Below the pieces are notes generated by a model. It ran no database searches, was not told the origin of the DNA, and saw only the letters and a program-made list of their open reading frames with translations. 64,000 bases of DNA from a virus: IMG/VR virus record IMGVR_UViG_3300030060_007988. The stretch is one strand, 5' to 3'. The position numbers and the translations under genes are program-made. This document shows, one piece after another, positions 40,862 to 51,110 of the stretch (position 1 is its first letter; every line of letters begins with the position of its first letter).

Positions 40862-41589
40862 AACTAATATCAAAAATAGAATATAGAAAGGATGTACCTG
40901 CAACGGCAGATGCATGTGTTAGTGATCCATACGGAAACCCAAACACAAGTTTTGCTGGTTCAACTAAATCCGACCCAGCAGATAGTACTCCAGGATTGAG
41001 TTTTGAAGGCATAGGTAGGGAATTGAAAAGAAATAGCTGGCAAAGTAATTTGATTGCACACACGGCTGGTGATGAAGATCAATTAAGTATGAAGAAAATG
41101 GTTGATGGTACTGAGTTTACACCTAATGAATATATCAGAACAAACTATGGTCCCCATCCAGATGGAAATAGCTATGCTGCATCTGAATGGTTTGACTACA
41201 ATCACTATGTATATACTCCACCACCTGTTACAACTGCTCCACCTACACCACAATTTCAAGTACAGCCTCCACCCCCTACTCCGCCTCCTCCACCACCGGC
41301 CCCTCCTCCTGGTCCAGCAAACGATCCAGGTACCTTCTATAATGCAAGGTCAGACAAAAGATGGAAGGCTGATATTGAAATGGTTGGCCATTCCCCATCA
41401 GGATTACCAATTTATGAATGGAACTATATAAGTAAACTGGCAACGCCAGGAAGATATAGGGGAACAATTGCACAAGATCTTATTAAACATAATCGTACTG
41501 ATGCAACCACTATGGATAGGAATGGGTACCTTTATGTTGACTATAATAAAATAGATATAGAATTTGGAAAGATAATTGATGAAATTTGA
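40858..41589 (+). CDS. Pro-rich protein with C-terminal S74-like chaperone domain
   Basis: poly-Pro linker; SDKRWKADIEMVG..PSGLPIYEWNY..GTIAQDL..GYLYVDY. Confidence 0.7.
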   Translation: MKLISKIEYRKDVPATADACVSDPYGNPNTSFAGSTKSDPADSTPGLSFEGIGRELKRNSWQSNLIAHTAGDEDQLSMKKMVDGTEFTPNEYIRTNYGPHPDGNSYAASEWFDYNHYVYTPPPVTTAPPTPQFQVQPPPPTPPPPPPAPPPGPANDPGTFYNARSDKRWKADIEMVGHSPSGLPIYEWNYISKLATPGRYRGTIAQDLIKHNRTDATTMDRNGYLYVDYNKIDIEFGKIIDEI

Positions 41590-42241
41590 TAAAGATATAA
41601 ATAACCAGGAAATACTCCTAGACAAACACAATGACCAAACAATGATGGAATGGGAAAGACCTTTAATGGATGCTGAAGTGGATATGCTGCAACCTAAAGG
41701 TCATGTACTTGAATTAGGATTTGGTTTAGGAATGTCAGCTGATGCAATACAAAGATACAACCCTAAGTCACACACAATAATAGAGTTGGAAGATGATGTA
41801 TTTGAACGTGCCAAATTATGGGCAAGTAATAAAAACAACGTAGATCTAATTAAAGGTAGATGGCAGGATGTTATGCATAAGCTTCCTAGACAGGTATATG
41901 ATGAAACATTTTTTGATGTGACAGAAACTGGTGGCATAAAAAATCATGCTGATGCAAAACTAATTGAGTACTGGACATATATCTTTGTTGACTTATGGTT
42001 TCACTTTCATAGTAAAATTGGTAGCAAGCTTACGTTTTTTGTTGCAGATTTTAATTGGCCAAACACATATAACTATCAAAAATTAATTGCTGAAAATCCT
42101 AATTGGATTCATACATATAAAATGATTGATATAGAAGTACCTGAAAATTGTAGATATAGAAATGTCAACAAGGCAGTGGTAAATTTGCTAGAGAGAATAA
42201 CTATAAAAACCCCAACGCCAAAAAATATTTATAGATATTAA
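41579..42241 (+). CDS. class I SAM methyltransferase, GAMT/RMT2-like
   Basis: MMEWERPLM, VLELGFGLGMSA, HTIIE, GRWQDV, FFD. Confidence 0.8.
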   Translation: MKFDKDINNQEILLDKHNDQTMMEWERPLMDAEVDMLQPKGHVLELGFGLGMSADAIQRYNPKSHTIIELEDDVFERAKLWASNKNNVDLIKGRWQDVMHKLPRQVYDETFFDVTETGGIKNHADAKLIEYWTYIFVDLWFHFHSKIGSKLTFFVADFNWPNTYNYQKLIAENPNWIHTYKMIDIEVPENCRYRNVNKAVVNLLERITIKTPTPKNIYRY

Positions 42242-42252
42242 GGAGACTAATA

Positions 42253-45200
42253 ATGCCAAACTATACCAGAAATTTACCTTTACCCAATGATATATTTTTT
42301 CTTGATGGAGGTGGAGGCCCAACTACTGGAAGAATATATTTTTTTCCAGCAGGGTCAATAGGTGTATCTGCATCATTTGCTGCAACGTCTTCACTATATG
42401 AATTGTCAATGTCGGCAAATACTAATGACTTCCATACACCAACCGATGGTACATCAAGTTATGTATACTTTAGTGCAAGTGGTGCCATACTTGGACCAGA
42501 TTCATCCATTGGATTGTATTGGGCAAGAACTGGAAGTCAGCATCAAACAAGAATAATACCAAATCATAATAGTAGTTCTAAAAATTCAGGGTATGGTTCT
42601 CTAGGAGGGAAATTCTTTTCATTTACTGCCAGTGCACATGCACCACGTAAAAAATTCTATAAGGTTGTATTTACAAATCCTGAAAGTAGAGTTGCTGCAA
42701 CAAGTAGCAATATAGTTTTTTCATCACACCCATCTGCATCCTTTAGTTCATCACAAGGATACACCTTTCAAATAACTGGTTCAGATACTACATCAATATA
42801 CAATTTAAAAACAACATCGTCTAGGAACGGAGGTGATTATTCTACGCCATACTCATCAAGTACTGAAGGAGGTAAAACAATAACAACTATTCCATTCTTC
42901 TATCAGTACTCAGCGTCTGCTGCCGTTCTTGCTGGTGCTGGAGGTAACAGTTCATCTGCAAAGGATGGTGTAAGAAACCTATTTAATGTAATAAATGAAA
43001 ATAAAGATACACTTGGGGTTTCCGCATCATTTACATCAAATAATGGACTTTCATTTAAACTAACGTCAACTAGTAGTTTTATATTACCTCACCCAATATC
43101 ATTTGTAACTAAAAGTATACATAGCTCAAAAACAAAAATATTTAACATTGAAGGTGCAAGACACGTTACGTCATCTCAGCCGTCAGGTGATAATGTCATA
43201 CAGGTACCAATTAATTTTACAGCATCTAGGTATTTAGTTGCAACTGCATCGGCCCTTGCAATAAATCAAACATCATCGGCTGCACCATTTGTTAGTGCAT
43301 CAATAAGTGGAAGTAAAAATGACTTCTATGGTCTAATATTGACAAATAAGCTAGAGAAATCAGTTGGACTAGTTTCAGATATTGGAGGTGCAGGAATAAC
43401 AGCATCAGTACTAAGATCTGGTTCATCGGTTCCTGCAGTTCCTGATTTTTCAGGTTCACAAGCAAATCCAAGTCCTCCTACTACTGTAATTCCAATAATT
43501 GTAAACAATAATGATGATGTTGCAACAATGGTTACAAAATCTGTTGAACAAATAAATCTTTACTTTACAGAAGAGGCAAATACAGGAAAGTACATTCCAA
43601 TCACTGCTTCTTTTTCAAGTTCAGGTAAATCATCATTACTTATTGAAACACAATATGGATTCTTAATGAATCCTCCAACACATAGTGATGCAAGAACAAT
43701 TACAATGAGTGTTGTTAGACCTGGCTCAGGTGAACCTGGTACCAGTTTAGGTGTACCTAACTATGGTAACCCAGACTTTAAGTCAGCATCGGCACAGTTA
43801 ACATTAGACCCAGATGATAAAACTAGTTTCTTTATTTCAGGATCTAATACAAGTGCAAGTTTATATTTTTCAGGTTCAGGTCGTATGGGACTTGGAACCA
43901 AAAATCCAAAGTCTGCATTTGATGTTAAAGCAAATGATTTTAAAATTAGATCACGTGACGGAAAGAGAGAATTGAAGTTTGATGGTGATGGTCGTTTATC
44001 AACAAAACTTTTTGCAGACCAAGCAGCGTCTGAATCCCTAGGTGGTACACTACTACTAACATATTCACCAGGTACATTTGAAAATCCAACACCGGCACAA
44101 ACAGGTGAAACTATTGGATCTATAATATTTGTTGATGAATCACTAAACACCGTTGATAAATTTCAAGGTTCAGGTAGTGCGGCCAAAATTACATCAACAG
44201 TTAGAGGTACATCACCATTAGGAGGTGGTGGTTTAATTGGAGACCTACAGTTTAAATTAAATCTAGACTCAAGCACAAGTTCTTCACTTGTTTCCTTTCT
44301 TAATATGGGACCTCATCTTGCACTACAAAATAACTTTGCAGTTCATTTTCCATACTCTGTTAGTATGAGTAATAATTTGATTGTCGGTGGATTTATTAGT
44401 TCCAGTGATATTAGAGGTGTGACATCTGCAAAGGTAACAACTGTTGACACTGGAGATGATAATGATACATACTTTCCACTGCTTGCAACAAATGCCGTTG
44501 GTGATTCAACATTTGAAACTGATAGTGAACTATCCTATAATGCATTAACAAATTTCTTAAACGTAAACTTTGTTGGAAGTGGTCTTGGCTGGATAAAAGG
44601 AACATTTTTTACAGGTAGTGAAGTAAGAGTAGGTTCAGTTTCAGCAAGTAAAAGATATGGAGGTTCTGGTGATGTAAGTGCAAGTGGAACTGTATTTGCA
44701 CTAGATGTTCAAGGTGGAGGAGGTAATATTACCGGATTCACATCAATGTCAATTAATTATATAACTGCATCAATAGTAGATGTTGATGGTGATACAATTC
44801 GTATGGGCGGCGAACCTTTTACAAAGGCAAACATTCAAGCTTTAAAATTAGGAAGAAGTTTAAAACCAGTAAGGCCTGGTAGGGATAAACCTGATGTTGA
44901 AGGTGATACTGGAATATTTGAAAGTCACGTAACCGCAAGTGGAAACATAAGTGCGAGTGGTACTTTAATAGTCCAACATATAACAGCCTCAGGTCATATT
45001 AGTTTATTTGATAATAAAGAATTACAATTAGGGAGTAAGGCAGGAGGAGATGCTAATATAAAACATTCTGGAACTAATTTACAAATAGCTGAAACTACTG
45101 GTCATATCCAGATAACTAATTACAAAACAGATGGTGATATTGTATTAAGTACGGATGATGGAACTGGCGGAGAAACTGCATATATTACTTTAGACGGTGG

Positions 45201-45867
45201 AGATGTGTCTACAAGAATTCATACTAATATAACAGCTTCAGGAGCCATAAGCGCAAGTGGTACTATAATAGGTAGTGGATTAAATATAGATGCAGGTACT
45301 AATTTTCTTGGCGGAAATCGATTTGGAGTGTCAGATAGCGAATATGATTTTAGGGATGCAGATGTACGTGTTGCCCAGTCCATTATAACTACAAACTTAA
45401 CAGCTTCTGGTAATATAAGTGCAAGTGGTAATTTCATAGGTAATAACATAGGGCCAGGAATGTACGATAATCGTATCTATTTGACTCCAGCCGATTTTTT
45501 TGCACAAGAAAATGCACAAACCACTAGAAATGATGGTGGATTTATATTTGCAAATGGTGGTGTATTAATAGATGCTGGAAGAAGATTGAAATATTATGCA
45601 CAAAAGGTTATTCCTAAAGGATACGAAGCAACACATGTTTTAGTAAAAGGAAGTGATGGTACAAATAACTGTACAGTCTTTTCAAGTAGCTTTACCGAAG
45701 ATACTGCAGGACAAGTAGGCGCCGCCGGAACTATAAACACGGAACTAAATTTTACATCTTCAACTATAGTGGGAGGAGGTAATGGAACTTACTGCTCAGT
45801 GCAATGGACTGCAGGTAGTGGTGGCGACAAAATATTTGGAGGCTACATTCAGATAAGACCAGTATAA
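42253..45867 (+). CDS. tail fibre-like protein with ITASGNISASG repeats
   Basis: Ser/Gly-rich; GRMGLGTKNP; repeats in C-terminal part. Confidence 0.7.
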   Translation: MPNYTRNLPLPNDIFFLDGGGGPTTGRIYFFPAGSIGVSASFAATSSLYELSMSANTNDFHTPTDGTSSYVYFSASGAILGPDSSIGLYWARTGSQHQTRIIPNHNSSSKNSGYGSLGGKFFSFTASAHAPRKKFYKVVFTNPESRVAATSSNIVFSSHPSASFSSSQGYTFQITGSDTTSIYNLKTTSSRNGGDYSTPYSSSTEGGKTITTIPFFYQYSASAAVLAGAGGNSSSAKDGVRNLFNVINENKDTLGVSASFTSNNGLSFKLTSTSSFILPHPISFVTKSIHSSKTKIFNIEGARHVTSSQPSGDNVIQVPINFTASRYLVATASALAINQTSSAAPFVSASISGSKNDFYGLILTNKLEKSVGLVSDIGGAGITASVLRSGSSVPAVPDFSGSQANPSPPTTVIPIIVNNNDDVATMVTKSVEQINLYFTEEANTGKYIPITASFSSSGKSSLLIETQYGFLMNPPTHSDARTITMSVVRPGSGEPGTSLGVPNYGNPDFKSASAQLTLDPDDKTSFFISGSNTSASLYFSGSGRMGLGTKNPKSAFDVKANDFKIRSRDGKRELKFDGDGRLSTKLFADQAASESLGGTLLLTYSPGTFENPTPAQTGETIGSIIFVDESLNTVDKFQGSGSAAKITSTVRGTSPLGGGGLIGDLQFKLNLDSSTSSSLVSFLNMGPHLALQNNFAVHFPYSVSMSNNLIVGGFISSSDIRGVTSAKVTTVDTGDDNDTYFPLLATNAVGDSTFETDSELSYNALTNFLNVNFVGSGLGWIKGTFFTGSEVRVGSVSASKRYGGSGDVSASGTVFALDVQGGGGNITGFTSMSINYITASIVDVDGDTIRMGGEPFTKANIQALKLGRSLKPVRPGRDKPDVEGDTGIFESHVTASGNISASGTLIVQHITASGHISLFDNKELQLGSKAGGDANIKHSGTNLQIAETTGHIQITNYKTDGDIVLSTDDGTGGETAYITLDGGDVSTRIHTNITASGAISASGTIIGSGLNIDAGTNFLGGNRFGVSDSEYDFRDADVRVAQSIITTNLTASGNISASGNFIGNNIGPGMYDNRIYLTPADFFAQENAQTTRNDGGFIFANGGVLIDAGRRLKYYAQKVIPKGYEATHVLVKGSDGTNNCTVFSSSFTEDTAGQVGAAGTINTELNFTSSTIVGGGNGTYCSVQWTAGSGGDKIFGGYIQIRPV

Positions 45868-45900
45868 CATAATTGATAAAGTTTAAATAGATATTTATAT

Positions 45901-46221
45901 ATGGCAGCAGGCGATAAAATAAAATGGGAAGACGCAAACTTTTTATGGAATGAAGCAATTCCAGGAAACGTCTATACATGGGATGATGTAAAGGTATTAG
46001 AAGAGGCCGCACTAGTTTTTGAAGGAGCTGATTACACCGCACTTGAAAAACTAGAGGACAAAAAGAAAAAAAGAATTATACATTTGGTTATGCGTAAAAA
46101 AGGTATAAAAATGTATGATGAAATAAAGGAAGTCAAGGACATAGTTGTACATGCCGAAGACATTAAAATATTAATAAATGAAGTTAGAAAACAAGCAATT
46201 GTTGAGAATATAAATCTATGA
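45901..46221 (+). CDS. hypothetical phage protein
   Basis: KWEDANFLWN..YTWDDV; ATG directly after ATATTTATAT. Confidence 0.7.
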   Translation: MAAGDKIKWEDANFLWNEAIPGNVYTWDDVKVLEEAALVFEGADYTALEKLEDKKKKRIIHLVMRKKGIKMYDEIKEVKDIVVHAEDIKILINEVRKQAIVENINL

Positions 46222-46394
46222 GTAAATCACAAGACAAATTATATAAAAAAAGTGTTGGTTTAGGGGATACCATAGAAAAGATAACATCAATGACTGGAAT
46301 CAAAAAAGTTGTTAAAAAAGTTGTTGGTGAAGATTGCGGATGTAATCAAAGAAAAGAAACATTAAATAAATTATTCCCATATAAGGATAACTAA
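46218..46394 (+). CDS. small phage protein (58 aa, GLGDTIEKIT...DCGCNQRKETLNKLFPY)
   Basis: hand-translated; ATGA overlap upstream and 1-nt gap downstream; CGC motif. Confidence 0.75.
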   Translation: MSKSQDKLYKKSVGLGDTIEKITSMTGIKKVVKKVVGEDCGCNQRKETLNKLFPYKDN

Positions 46395-46395
46395 T

Positions 46396-46980
46396 ATGTA
46401 TAAACTATATACTGATAAAACTGAAATATTTGAATGTGACATATCCCTATCAGGTGCCAGCCTATCAAATAGTAAAGCAAGGCTAGTTGTTGAAACAGCA
46501 AACATAAATCTTTTATTTAACGGAACTATAGATGACAAGGGAAAATGTAAAATACCTGTTAAAAAATTAAAAGGCCTAGTTAATGAAAACATTGAAGGAA
46601 ACATTAAGTTGGAGGTCATTGCAGATGATACATATTTTATTCCTTGGGAAAGTGAATTTAAAGTAAAGGCTAGCAAAAGTATTACTGTAGAGGTAAAATC
46701 ACAGAGAAGAAAAATAACAGAATCTTCAAAACCAAAAATGAAAGTAAATGTAAAGTCTTCAAATAACGATATAGAAATAGTCAATGATATACTTTCCGAA
46801 AAAGAACACGTTATTAATATAATGAAATTATTAATAAATGAAAACATTAATATAAAGAACTTAACAGTTAAAAAGAATAAAGTAAATAACATAATTGCCG
46901 AATATACAAGAGACAACTATATAGGTAATAAAGAAGGAGTTATATCAAAAGTTGTTAAAGTACTTTCAAAAAGAAAATAA
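46396..46980 (+). CDS. hypothetical phage protein
   Basis: ORF track. Confidence 0.7.
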   Translation: MYKLYTDKTEIFECDISLSGASLSNSKARLVVETANINLLFNGTIDDKGKCKIPVKKLKGLVNENIEGNIKLEVIADDTYFIPWESEFKVKASKSITVEVKSQRRKITESSKPKMKVNVKSSNNDIEIVNDILSEKEHVINIMKLLINENINIKNLTVKKNKVNNIIAEYTRDNYIGNKEGVISKVVKVLSKRK

Positions 46981-46992
46981 GGGTTATAGATC

Positions 46993-49900
46993 ATGCCGTT
47001 ACCAGATTTAACAGGCCAAAATATACAGGATACATATCAGAGACTAGTGCAAGTTGACGCCACAGGAAGCTTTACTGATGGTACTGGTAGCAATATACCT
47101 ATCAGTATTGAGGGCAACAATGTTAGAGTGTCAGGTTCAATTATTGCACAGGAGTATATAGTTTCATCATCTGTTACAAATGTAATATTCCAGCAACAAA
47201 GTGGTTCAACTATATTTGGTGATAGCGTAGATGATACACATCAATTTACTGGTAATATAACAGCCTCAAATAATATAAGTGCAAGTGGTGATGTACTTGC
47301 TACTAGATATTTTCTAGATAATACAAGAGTAATGGATTATGATGGCACCGACTTAAATGTAGGTAATGCCAGTACTAAAACTTTTATAGCAGGAACTAAT
47401 GTAGCCATAACAGCTCCAATAACAGCATCAGGTGAAATAAGTGCAAGTGGAAATGATTATGTATTTGGTAATGTTACTATAGATAGTGGAAAAACCTTTA
47501 TAGGCAATACAACTAATGAAGCAGAGTCAAATTCAATGCTAACAGTAGGAGGAGGAAGTGGTACAGCTATAAAATTATATTCAACACATACAGGTACTAA
47601 TAGAGATGTAGGGTTTCATATGTCTGCATCAGCTAATGGTCAAGAATATTCAATTGGATTAGCAAGAGCTAGAAACACCTTTTATATTGCACCTTCAGAT
47701 GTTGGAACTGGACCTGCAAATGCAGTTTTTGAAACTGATGCATCTGGTAATATAACATCATCAGGAAATATAAGTTCAAGTGGTAATATAAATGCTAATG
47801 ATTTTTCTGTAGAAGGAACCAGTGTAATAAATAAGGGTGATTTAGGTGGAACTGACTTTATAATTGTAGGAGACCAAGGATTATCTCATGGTCTTTCTTT
47901 AGGAGGAACAACAGTTACAATATCTGGTAATGTATCTGCATCTAGTAATATAAGTGCAGTAGGTAATATAAGTTCAAGTGCAATAATAACAGCTAACAGA
48001 TTTGACATTAGTAATAATAAGTTTGCTGCTTTACAGCTAGGATCAACAAATATATTTGATCTAGGAAATGGAGGACAAGCATCATTTAATTTAACAAATA
48101 TAACAGCATCAGGAAATATAAGTGCTAGTGGAACTATAACAGCTGAACACTTCCATTCAAAGGATGATGTACAAATAGATGATGATTTAACAGTAAGTGG
48201 AAAAGGTACATTTAGTGATTTATTAATTTTTACATCATTTACAAATGCTATATTAGAACTTGAGAGGGATTCAGGTGCAGAATTAAAATTAAAAGCACAA
48301 GATAATCAATCAAGAATAACATATGAAGGTGGACCTTTATTGTTTGATAGAGATGAAAGTGGAACAAATACTCTAACATTAGGCACAGGAGGTAATATAA
48401 GTGCTGCAGGTAATATAAGTTCAATAGGCAACATAACATCTTCAGGAGATATAAGTGCAAGTGGTACTTTGATAGGAGGTGCACTACAAATTACACCAAC
48501 TGATACTTCAGAAGATGCTGGTCATTCTATAACAATGCAAAAGAATGGACATAATTTAACCAATGTAACAAATGGACTTTCATTTAATCCAAGTACAGAT
48601 ATAATGGAAATAGGAGGTAATTTACTAATATCACCAACAAATATTTCTAACTTAGAAAGTTTAAGCACTACTAATATAACAGCCTCAGGTGATATAAGTG
48701 CAAGTGGTGATACAACATTAAATAATTTAACTGTGCATGGTACTCAATTTACTAATAGAATTGATCGTATAGATAATGAAAAAATAGGTGTTCAATTTGG
48801 AGATGGAATTAATGTTTCTGGTGGTCACATAACCGCTTCAGGCAATATAAGTGCCAGTGGTCATATAAATACAAACAAAATACTATTAAATAATGAAACG
48901 GGTGCCGATTATATAGAATATAGTAATAGTGGTTTCTTCTATAAAGGTAGAGGTGATTTCCATACAGATTTAGAAGTTGGTACAACATTATTAGTTAATA
49001 GCCATATAACAGCCTCAGGTAATATAAGTGCAAGTGGTAATTTTACAGGAACAGAAATAACAGGTTCAAGTATTATAGCGTCAAGTATTAATTCAACAAC
49101 TAATTACCGATTAGCTGGCGATTCAATTATAGGTAATTTTTTCGGATCACATTTATTTGGAAATGGTAACTTTCCATTACTTTTAAATGGTTCAGCAATA
49201 ACTTTAGGCTTTGGTGCAATTCCTATTGCCGCCTCAGGTGATGTTAGTTTTACAGGTAAGTTAGGGGTTGCTAATATAACATCTTCTGGTAACATAAGTT
49301 CAAGTGGAGAAGTATCTGCTTTTAAATTTCAGATTGATGATATAGGTGCAATATTCAATGATAATGGTCATGTAAAATTTGGCCAAACACTACTACCTAT
49401 TCGAACTGCAAACATAACATCATCAGGTAATATACAAGCAGATGGTAACATAAGTGCAAGTGGAAATGTAGTAGCAGCTGATATAACAGCATCTGGAGAA
49501 ATAACTGCAAGTACAATTAGGGCAGGTTCAGGAGGATTAAGAGCAGATGATATCCTCATTACTGAAAATATAATTGGTGGTTCAGTAACACAAATTAGAT
49601 TTGGTCAAACAGCTCCAAACACAAGAATTCAGCCAAGGGACGATGGCAACCTAGAGCTAAAAGATGTAGGCACTGGATTTTCTGACAAAGGCCTGCATTT
49701 AGGTAGTTTATCGGCATCAAACAATATTAGCTCAAGTGCAAATGTAATTGCTGATGCATTCTTTTTAGGTCCAAACTCTGAAGTATTATCATTTAGTGGA
49801 GACCAACTAAATATTAATTTTGGAGGACAATTTGATTCAATAGGAATAGGAAGAGGAAATACTGCTGTACCAATTTTTGCGCATGGTCACTTACATGTTT

Positions 49901-50568
49901 TTGATCCACTCCAACCACTCGGAGGTCATATAACAGCATCGGGAAATATTTCAGCAAGTGGAACAATAACGGCTGGAACATTTACTGGTGCAACAACAAG
50001 TGGAGATCAATCAGGTAGTTTAACATTATCTGGAAGTTTAACTTTAAGAGCAAATGAAGCAGAACCAGCAACTAGTGCAAGTACATTATTTGTAAAAGCA
50101 ACTCCGACGGATAATGCCCCTGATACAGATTTAAGATTTGGTAATTCAGGATTAACTCCAGCATTTGCTTGGGTAACATTAGATGAGGAAGCAACTGCTG
50201 ATAGTAGTGAATATGGATTTGGTAAAACAACAGATGTAACATCTAATACACATAATATGATTGTAACTCATGATAGTTCAGGTGATGGTGTTAAAATATT
50301 TTCTCAAATAGATGGAATTTACAAAGTTACTGGAAATTATGTAGTAATTAATGGTAGTACTAGTACTGATGTTGTATATGATATAAATGTAGATGGAAGT
50401 ACAGTTCATACAATATCAGCAAGAGCACATGCATCAGTTGATCCAGTTGAAAGAACACAAATTTATGTAGGAACAGTTAATTCTGGAAGTTTTGTAAGAA
50501 CAACAGTAGATGGAACTAGCTGTAAATTACAAGTAGGTTCAGTATTAATGGTAGAGAGATTAGCATAA
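46993..50568 (+). CDS. tail fibre with about 14 ITASGNISASG repeats
   Basis: SGSTIFGDSVDDTHQFTG and repeated (N/H)ITASG(N/D/E)ISASG units separated by unique segments. Confidence 0.75.
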   Translation: MPLPDLTGQNIQDTYQRLVQVDATGSFTDGTGSNIPISIEGNNVRVSGSIIAQEYIVSSSVTNVIFQQQSGSTIFGDSVDDTHQFTGNITASNNISASGDVLATRYFLDNTRVMDYDGTDLNVGNASTKTFIAGTNVAITAPITASGEISASGNDYVFGNVTIDSGKTFIGNTTNEAESNSMLTVGGGSGTAIKLYSTHTGTNRDVGFHMSASANGQEYSIGLARARNTFYIAPSDVGTGPANAVFETDASGNITSSGNISSSGNINANDFSVEGTSVINKGDLGGTDFIIVGDQGLSHGLSLGGTTVTISGNVSASSNISAVGNISSSAIITANRFDISNNKFAALQLGSTNIFDLGNGGQASFNLTNITASGNISASGTITAEHFHSKDDVQIDDDLTVSGKGTFSDLLIFTSFTNAILELERDSGAELKLKAQDNQSRITYEGGPLLFDRDESGTNTLTLGTGGNISAAGNISSIGNITSSGDISASGTLIGGALQITPTDTSEDAGHSITMQKNGHNLTNVTNGLSFNPSTDIMEIGGNLLISPTNISNLESLSTTNITASGDISASGDTTLNNLTVHGTQFTNRIDRIDNEKIGVQFGDGINVSGGHITASGNISASGHINTNKILLNNETGADYIEYSNSGFFYKGRGDFHTDLEVGTTLLVNSHITASGNISASGNFTGTEITGSSIIASSINSTTNYRLAGDSIIGNFFGSHLFGNGNFPLLLNGSAITLGFGAIPIAASGDVSFTGKLGVANITSSGNISSSGEVSAFKFQIDDIGAIFNDNGHVKFGQTLLPIRTANITSSGNIQADGNISASGNVVAADITASGEITASTIRAGSGGLRADDILITENIIGGSVTQIRFGQTAPNTRIQPRDDGNLELKDVGTGFSDKGLHLGSLSASNNISSSANVIADAFFLGPNSEVLSFSGDQLNINFGGQFDSIGIGRGNTAVPIFAHGHLHVFDPLQPLGGHITASGNISASGTITAGTFTGATTSGDQSGSLTLSGSLTLRANEAEPATSASTLFVKATPTDNAPDTDLRFGNSGLTPAFAWVTLDEEATADSSEYGFGKTTDVTSNTHNMIVTHDSSGDGVKIFSQIDGIYKVTGNYVVINGSTSTDVVYDINVDGSTVHTISARAHASVDPVERTQIYVGTVNSGSFVRTTVDGTSCKLQVGSVLMVERLA

Positions 50569-50569
50569 T

Positions 50570-51088
50570 ATGGCAACAGTAACGTTAACTGCTTCAGGCA
50601 CCGGTCAAAAAAAAGGTGCTGGACTGATTGTATCCTTTAATATAGGAGGAGGATCTATACCTGCAGGATCAACAATAAACGGTATTACTTTAAAACTAAG
50701 AATAGCTCGATCATCAACAGGTCCTTCTGCTAGTGAAATATTAGTAAATGTAGTAGATGATGTAAATGATTCATCTACAGTTAGTACAACTAATGCAACA
50801 TCTGCTACTCTTCCTCCTACCTTTCCTACATTTAATATTATAGCATTTGGATCTGATAGTGAACTTTTTGGATTGTCAACATGGACTCCAGGATCATTTG
50901 AAGGCCTTGGATTTGAAGTAAGAATAACACATAATGGATCGACTGGGATATTATATTGGGAACCGATTGGCACTGAAGCAATTATAGATTTTACACCATT
51001 AGAGATTCCTCGATACAATAATGCTGCAAATAATATACATTTACAATCCGGAAATATAAATATTTCCTCAGGTAATATATCTATTTAA
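50570..51088 (+). CDS. putative fibre-associated protein
   Basis: beta-rich; follows the fibre gene. Confidence 0.55.
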   Translation: MATVTLTASGTGQKKGAGLIVSFNIGGGSIPAGSTINGITLKLRIARSSTGPSASEILVNVVDDVNDSSTVSTTNATSATLPPTFPTFNIIAFGSDSELFGLSTWTPGSFEGLGFEVRITHNGSTGILYWEPIGTEAIIDFTPLEIPRYNNAANNIHLQSGNINISSGNISI

Positions 51089-51110
51089 ATAAAGTCGGAT
51101 ATTTATATTT

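Noticed and set aside
46993-50568. CRISPR-like array or DGR suggested by repeats with unique spacers
   Set aside because: The repeats are in-frame, degenerate and irregularly spaced within a CDS. No cas gene, reverse transcriptase or adenine-specific TR/VR pair is seen.
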